Shown here: piece by piece, positions 60,673-64,000 of the stretch
Position numbering within the stretch: position 1 is the first letter of the stretch
How the letters are laid out: each line of letters starts with the position of its first letter
From: Devosiaceae bacterium
Lineage (GTDB): Bacteria; Pseudomonadota; Alphaproteobacteria; Rhizobiales; Devosiaceae
Reading direction: 5' to 3'
Length of the DNA: 64,000 nt
Assembly: GCA_963675235.2 (NCBI GenBank)
Contig: CAXXFU010000017.1
Coordinates: forward strand, 308,888 to 372,887
The notes under the pieces: model-generated
Database searches by the model: none
What the model was told of the DNA's origin: nothing
Seen by the model: the letters and a program-made list of their open reading frames with translations, nothing else
Position numbers and translations under genes: made by a program

Positions 60673-60756
60673 TCCGTAGCGTTGTCAGGAGAAGTGCGAA
60701 GCGTTTCTCCGTTTCGACAGCGCGACCACCAAAAGCTTCCAGATCTTTGAATGAAG

Positions 60757-60781
60757 AAGCCCGGCTTGACCGGGCTTTTTA
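60757..60781. terminator. Hairpin terminator between convergent rpmE and rcdA
   Basis: Stem AGCCCGG / CCGGGCT with TTTTTA downstream on the plus strand and a TTCTTCATT run on the minus strand. Confidence 0.6.
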
Positions 60782-61312
60782 TCATTTGCCGCCGGTGCCG
60801 CCGAAAGCGGCCTTCAGCCGCGACATCTGCCCGGTGATCGAGCGGGTTTCGTCCTCGACGGCAGGCGTCGGCATTTCGCCGCGTTCCATGCGATCGAAAT
60901 GCTGTACCCGCGCGAACAGACGCTCACCCTCGGCAATGTAGTCCACAAGGGCCTGCGGCAGGTCTTCCCAGCCGGCGCCACCGCGGGCGGCCGGGCTTGG
61001 CGAGAATTTGACCTTGGCCTTTTCGGCCCGTGCTGTTTCCGGCGTGATCTCGCCCTCGTTGACAGCGCGCTGCAGCAGGAGCCACGAGGCAAGCTGCATC
61101 AGGCGCGTCGTCAGGCGCATCGACTCGGTGGCATAAATGAAAGAGGCCTCGCGCGTCAGCGACCGGCTTGCAGCGCGACCGTCGCCGTCAAGATAGGAGG
61201 CGACCTCCTCGATCAGGGCCATGCCTTCGCGGTAAAGGGTATTGAACCCCCCACCCGAAACCAGCCGTTCCTTGAGCTCGACCGTCTCTCCGGTTTTGCT
61301 ATCTTCGGCCAA
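60782..61312 (-). CDS. rcdA: DUF1465 family protein (RcdA-like regulator of CtrA degradation)
   Basis: 176 aa. FIYATESMRLTTRLMQLASWLLLQRAV is the conserved DUF1465 core. Equating DUF1465 with RcdA is established knowledge recalled from Caulobacter. Confidence 0.7.
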   Translation of the reverse strand: MAEDSKTGETVELKERLVSGGGFNTLYREGMALIEEVASYLDGDGRAASRSLTREASFIYATESMRLTTRLMQLASWLLLQRAVNEGEITPETARAEKAKVKFSPSPAARGGAGWEDLPQALVDYIAEGERLFARVQHFDRMERGEMPTPAVEDETRSITGQMSRLKAAFGGTGGK

Positions 61313-61453
61313 TTGCTGCTGTCCGTTTGTTCATGGGTGCGGCAAGTCTAGCCCCAAAGCGCGACGCCGTCACTCGGGTTGACTGTGGCTCGCAAGTGCT
61401 TAGGAAAGCTTAAACCTGACCCCGCGGGACAACCGCAAAATGATGGCGCGGAC

Positions 61454-61481
61454 AAAAAAAGAGCCGCGATGAAACGGCTCT
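61454..61481 (-). terminator. Rho-independent terminator (minus strand)
   Basis: Stem AGAGCCG / CGGCTCT (61460-61481). The plus-strand A7 run at 61454-61460 gives U7 on the minus strand. Confidence 0.6.
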
Positions 61482-61565
61482 CGAAAGTCAACAGGAAGCT
61501 TGAACAGGATTGATAACCATCCTGCAGAACCCAGCAAGACTGGATGGAAATGGCTTACCGCAATC
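61454..61565 (-). ncRNA. Candidate small RNA (or structured 3' UTR of the DUF1192 gene)
   Basis: A non-coding, AT-richer interval ends in the clean terminator above. It has an internal hairpin CCATCC...GGATGG with a nested CCAG/CTGG, and a TTAA-N7-TTAA box lies just upstream. The 5' end is unknown. Confidence 0.3.
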
Positions 61566-61568
61566 CCC

Positions 61569-61583
61569 TTAATTGCCGGTTAA
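61569..61583. promoter_or_regulatory. TTAA-N7-TTAA motif (CtrA-box-like)
   Basis: TTAATTGCCGGTTAA is seen directly. It matches the core of the CtrA consensus TTAA-N7-TTAAC but lacks the final C. Confidence 0.3.
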
Positions 61584-61666
61584 TTGCTCACACTTGCTTA
61601 ACCCTGAATCCTGACGCCGCAACACTGGAATAGGCGCAATATCCGGCGTGCACAGGCGGCTACCAC

Positions 61667-61855
61667 TCAGATCTTGAAGACGGAATCGGCGGCGTTGCGC
61701 GACGCTTTCTTGTGGGTGATCGCGGTCTTGAGGCGCTCGATTTCCTCGCTGAGAAGCGCAATCCGTTCCTCGAGTTCGTCGACCGACAGCGTGTCGAGCA
61801 CCATGCCGACTTCATGGACGGGTTTCCTGATCGGTTTGTCGTCTTCCACATCCAT
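61667..61855 (-). CDS. DUF1192 domain-containing protein
   Basis: ORF 61667..61879, with the start re-chosen at the ATG at 61855, 8 nt after AAGGAG. LSVDELEERIALLSEEIERLKTAI is the family core. Confidence 0.8.
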   Translation of the reverse strand: MDVEDDKPIRKPVHEVGMVLDTLSVDELEERIALLSEEIERLKTAITHKKASRNAADSVFKI

Positions 61856-61933
61856 GATTGCCACTCCTTGGCCCGGCATGTTCTGTTCGAGCGGACTGTG
61901 CCACGAGGGCGACGGCGAAGAAAGGGGCAGGCC

Positions 61934-62938
61934 ATGGCCGAGATGACTTGTGTGACAATTTCGGCCTTCGGCGGACCGGAAATGCTGAAGCCGGTCAACC
62001 TAGACCGGCCAGAGCCCGGTGAAGGCGAGGTGCTGATCCGCGTTGCGGCCGCCGGGCTCAACCGTCCGGACCTGTTGCAGCGGCGCGGACTCTACGTGCC
62101 CAACAAGGACAATGCGCTCCGACCCGGACTCGAGGTCTCCGGCACCATCGAGGTCCTTGGTCCTGGCGCGACCCGCTTCGCGCCCGGTGACCGCGTCGTG
62201 GCGCTCGCAAATGGCGGCGGCTACGCCGAATATGTCGTAGTGCCGGAGGGTCAGGTACTGCCCTGCCCGACCGGCTGGCGCCTGGTTGACGCTGCCGCGT
62301 TGCCCGAGGTCTTCTTCACCATCGAACAGACGCTCGTGCTGCGTGCCGGCATCGAACCGGGAATGCGTGTTCTCGTCCATGGCGCCTCGGGTGGGCTCGG
62401 CACCGCCGCCATCCAGGTGGCCCGTCATTTCGGCGCCACGACTATCGCGACGATCTCGTCGGAGGAAAAGGCGAAATACGTGCTGGGACGCGGCGCCAAT
62501 CACCTGATCGCCTATCCACACGAGGATTTCGCCACGAGGGTGAAAGAGCTGACCGGCGGGCACGGCGCCGACCGTATCATCGACATCGTCGGTGGCGAGT
62601 ATTTGAGGCGGAACATGGAGGCGGCTGCACAGAATGCCACCATCATCCAGCTCGCCTTCCTCGACGGCGCCAAATCCGAGATCGTTCTGCCGCAGCTGCT
62701 CGGCAAGGGGCTGACGCTGTTCGGTTCGCTGCTCGGGCCGCAGTCCGGACGGGTCAAGGCCGAGATCGCCGCGGCAGTGGAGCGGGACCTGTGGCCGGCG
62801 CTGGCTTCCGGAGAGATCGGACCGCCGCGCATCAGCTACTTCGCCCTCAACGAGGCCGCCGCCGCCCACGCGGCAATGGAAGCCGAGGACCATTACGGCA
62901 AGATCGTCCTGGTGACGCCCTACGGTCTGGACTTCTGA
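61934..62938 (+). CDS. qor: NAD(P)H:quinone oxidoreductase (zinc-independent MDR family)
   Basis: ORF 61712..62938, with the start re-chosen at the ATG at 61934. FGGPEMLKPV...GEVLIRVAAAGLNRPD and the Rossmann motif VHGASGGLGTAAIQ. Confidence 0.85.
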   Translation: MAEMTCVTISAFGGPEMLKPVNLDRPEPGEGEVLIRVAAAGLNRPDLLQRRGLYVPNKDNALRPGLEVSGTIEVLGPGATRFAPGDRVVALANGGGYAEYVVVPEGQVLPCPTGWRLVDAAALPEVFFTIEQTLVLRAGIEPGMRVLVHGASGGLGTAAIQVARHFGATTIATISSEEKAKYVLGRGANHLIAYPHEDFATRVKELTGGHGADRIIDIVGGEYLRRNMEAAAQNATIIQLAFLDGAKSEIVLPQLLGKGLTLFGSLLGPQSGRVKAEIAAAVERDLWPALASGEIGPPRISYFALNEAAAAHAAMEAEDHYGKIVLVTPYGLDF

Positions 62939-62943
62939 CGGTC

Positions 62944-62988
62944 GCGCGCTCGAATCGCGAAACCGGTTCCCACTTTCGCTGGGCGCGC
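62944..62988 (+). repeat. Dispersed ~45-nt intergenic element, copy D
   Basis: GCGCGCTC-GAATCGCGAAACCGGTTCCCACTTTCGCT-GGGCGCGC. Confidence 0.55.
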
Positions 62989-63186
62989 TCCGAACGGAAT
63001 AGCGTTGACGATCGCATGCTGTTTGTTGCGCTCGGTCGCGGATCGGACTATATGAGCAACTGAATTCCCCCTCAGCGTCAGCCAAGAGGCGGGGCGGACC
63101 GGAAGCTCCCGGGCCGCACCACGAGGGTCCGCGTATCGCGGTTCCGACCTGGCCAGCGTCAAGGGGAACAGTTCGAGGAGACTGAA

Positions 63187-63930
63187 ATGGCCACCACCCT
63201 ACTGATGCCCAAGGCGACCGCTGTCTGGCTTGTCGACAACACCGCCCTGAGTTTCGAGCAGATCGCCGCCTTCTGCGCCCTTCACCCGCTCGAGGTCCAG
63301 GGCATTGCCGATGGCGATGTTGCCACTGGCATCATGGGCGTCAACCCGATCAACAACGGGCAGCTGACCCGCGAGGAAATCGAAAAGGCCGAGGCCGATC
63401 CCAGCTACCGCCTGAAGCTCTCCGAGCCCAAGGTCCGGGTGGCCCAGGCCAAGCGCAAGGGTCCGCGCTACACGCCGATCTCGCGGCGCAACGAACGTCC
63501 GGGCGCCATCAAGTGGCTGGTTCGCAACCATCCCGAGTTGAAGGATACCCAGATCATGCGCCTGGTCGGCACCACAAAGTCGACCATCGAATCGGTGCGC
63601 GAAGGCACCCACTGGAACACGGCCAACCTGACCTCGATCGACCCGGTGACGCTGGGCCTTTGTTCCCAGATCGATCTCGACATGGAAGTGCGCAAGGCCT
63701 CCGGTGGCCGCGGCGCCGAGGAGATCGAACAGGGCACGCGGCTCCTGTCCGCCGAAGAAGCGCTGGCGACGATCCAGGGCACCTCGCTGCACCAGCCTGA
63801 GGTTGAAGAGAATCCGCTGGGAGACACCTCGGCGCCCGTGCCGGAGGAAGAAGAACAGTTCGACGCCGATTCCGTCTTTGCCAAGCTGAAGACGCTGAAA
63901 TCGGACAACGACGAGGACGACGGCCTCTAG
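63187..63930 (+). CDS. DUF1013 domain-containing protein (alphaproteobacterial cell-cycle-linked regulator family)
   Basis: 247 aa. The N-terminus LLMPKATAVWLVDNTALSFEQIAAFCALHPLEVQGIADG is the highly conserved DUF1013 start, and the tail is acidic. Confidence 0.8.
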   Translation: MATTLLMPKATAVWLVDNTALSFEQIAAFCALHPLEVQGIADGDVATGIMGVNPINNGQLTREEIEKAEADPSYRLKLSEPKVRVAQAKRKGPRYTPISRRNERPGAIKWLVRNHPELKDTQIMRLVGTTKSTIESVREGTHWNTANLTSIDPVTLGLCSQIDLDMEVRKASGGRGAEEIEQGTRLLSAEEALATIQGTSLHQPEVEENPLGDTSAPVPEEEEQFDADSVFAKLKTLKSDNDEDDGL

Positions 63931-63958
63931 CCGCTCTCCGGCAACAAAGTCTTTCAGA

Positions 63959-63988
63959 CCCCGGCGCCTGCGTCGGGGTTTTCGTTTC
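63959..63988 (+). terminator. Rho-independent terminator after the DUF1013 gene
   Basis: Stem CCCCGGCG / CGTCGGGG (one G-U pair) with loop CCTG, followed by TTTTCGTTT. Confidence 0.6.
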
Positions 63989-64000
63989 AGGGTCCGGGGG

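Noticed and set aside
61396-61610. Additional CtrA boxes (GCTTAGGAAAGCTTAAAC at about 61399 and GCTTAACCCTG at about 61596).
   Set aside because: The spacing or the half-sites do not fit TTAA-N7-TTAAC. Only the 61569-61583 site has correct spacing, and even that site lacks the terminal C.
63000-63186. Possible riboswitch or structured leader in the ~110-nt 5' UTR of the DUF1013 gene, after a TTGCGC-N17-TATATG promoter-like motif.
   Set aside because: Only one plausible hairpin (GCGGACC...GGTCCGC) is present. There is no similarity to any riboswitch class I can recall and no second copy for covariation, so it is not supportable from sequence alone.

Overview
This is a high-GC, densely coding chromosomal window that looks alphaproteobacterial, probably Rhizobiales/Hyphomicrobiales; that assignment is inferred from gene content and order only. 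Most of it is recognisable housekeeping. It contains a complete ybgC-tolQRA-tolB-pal-cpoB-tilS-(PAP2)-ftsH-glmM block, ruvC-ruvA-(GNAT, small membrane protein)-ruvB, serC-serA, tkt-gap-pgk, a zapA / 6S RNA / 5-formyl-THF cyclo-ligase locus, rpmE, and the cell-cycle-linked genes rcdA (DUF1465) and DUF1013. I saw no rRNA, tRNA, CRISPR array, transposase or integrase.

The accessory-looking content is as follows:
1. The 39.3-44.1 kb block holds a GFA-ParB/Srx-like fusion gene. It also holds two duplicated transcription units for small Cys-rich secreted proteins, each with an ECF-type promoter and a GNRA-loop leader hairpin. It ends with three translationally coupled, membrane-anchored paralogues of unknown family that carry a 490-nt near-identical gene-conversion tract. 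This block is my best candidate for an undescribed system.
2. A low-GC orphan gene (9253-10149) sits beside GIY-YIG nuclease gene remnants and clustered hairpin repeats.
3. A MotA/ExbB-like protein is paired with a coiled-coil OmpA/MotB-like protein.
4. A dispersed ~45-nt intergenic element occurs in four copies whose outer stems covary.
5. A candidate small RNA lies next to a TTAA-N7-TTAA box.
6. There are several small regulator-plus-membrane-protein modules with clear palindromic operators.

All functional calls come from motifs I recognise in the supplied translations. No database search was run. Where the ORF track begins upstream of a more plausible start codon, I re-chose the start by eye.
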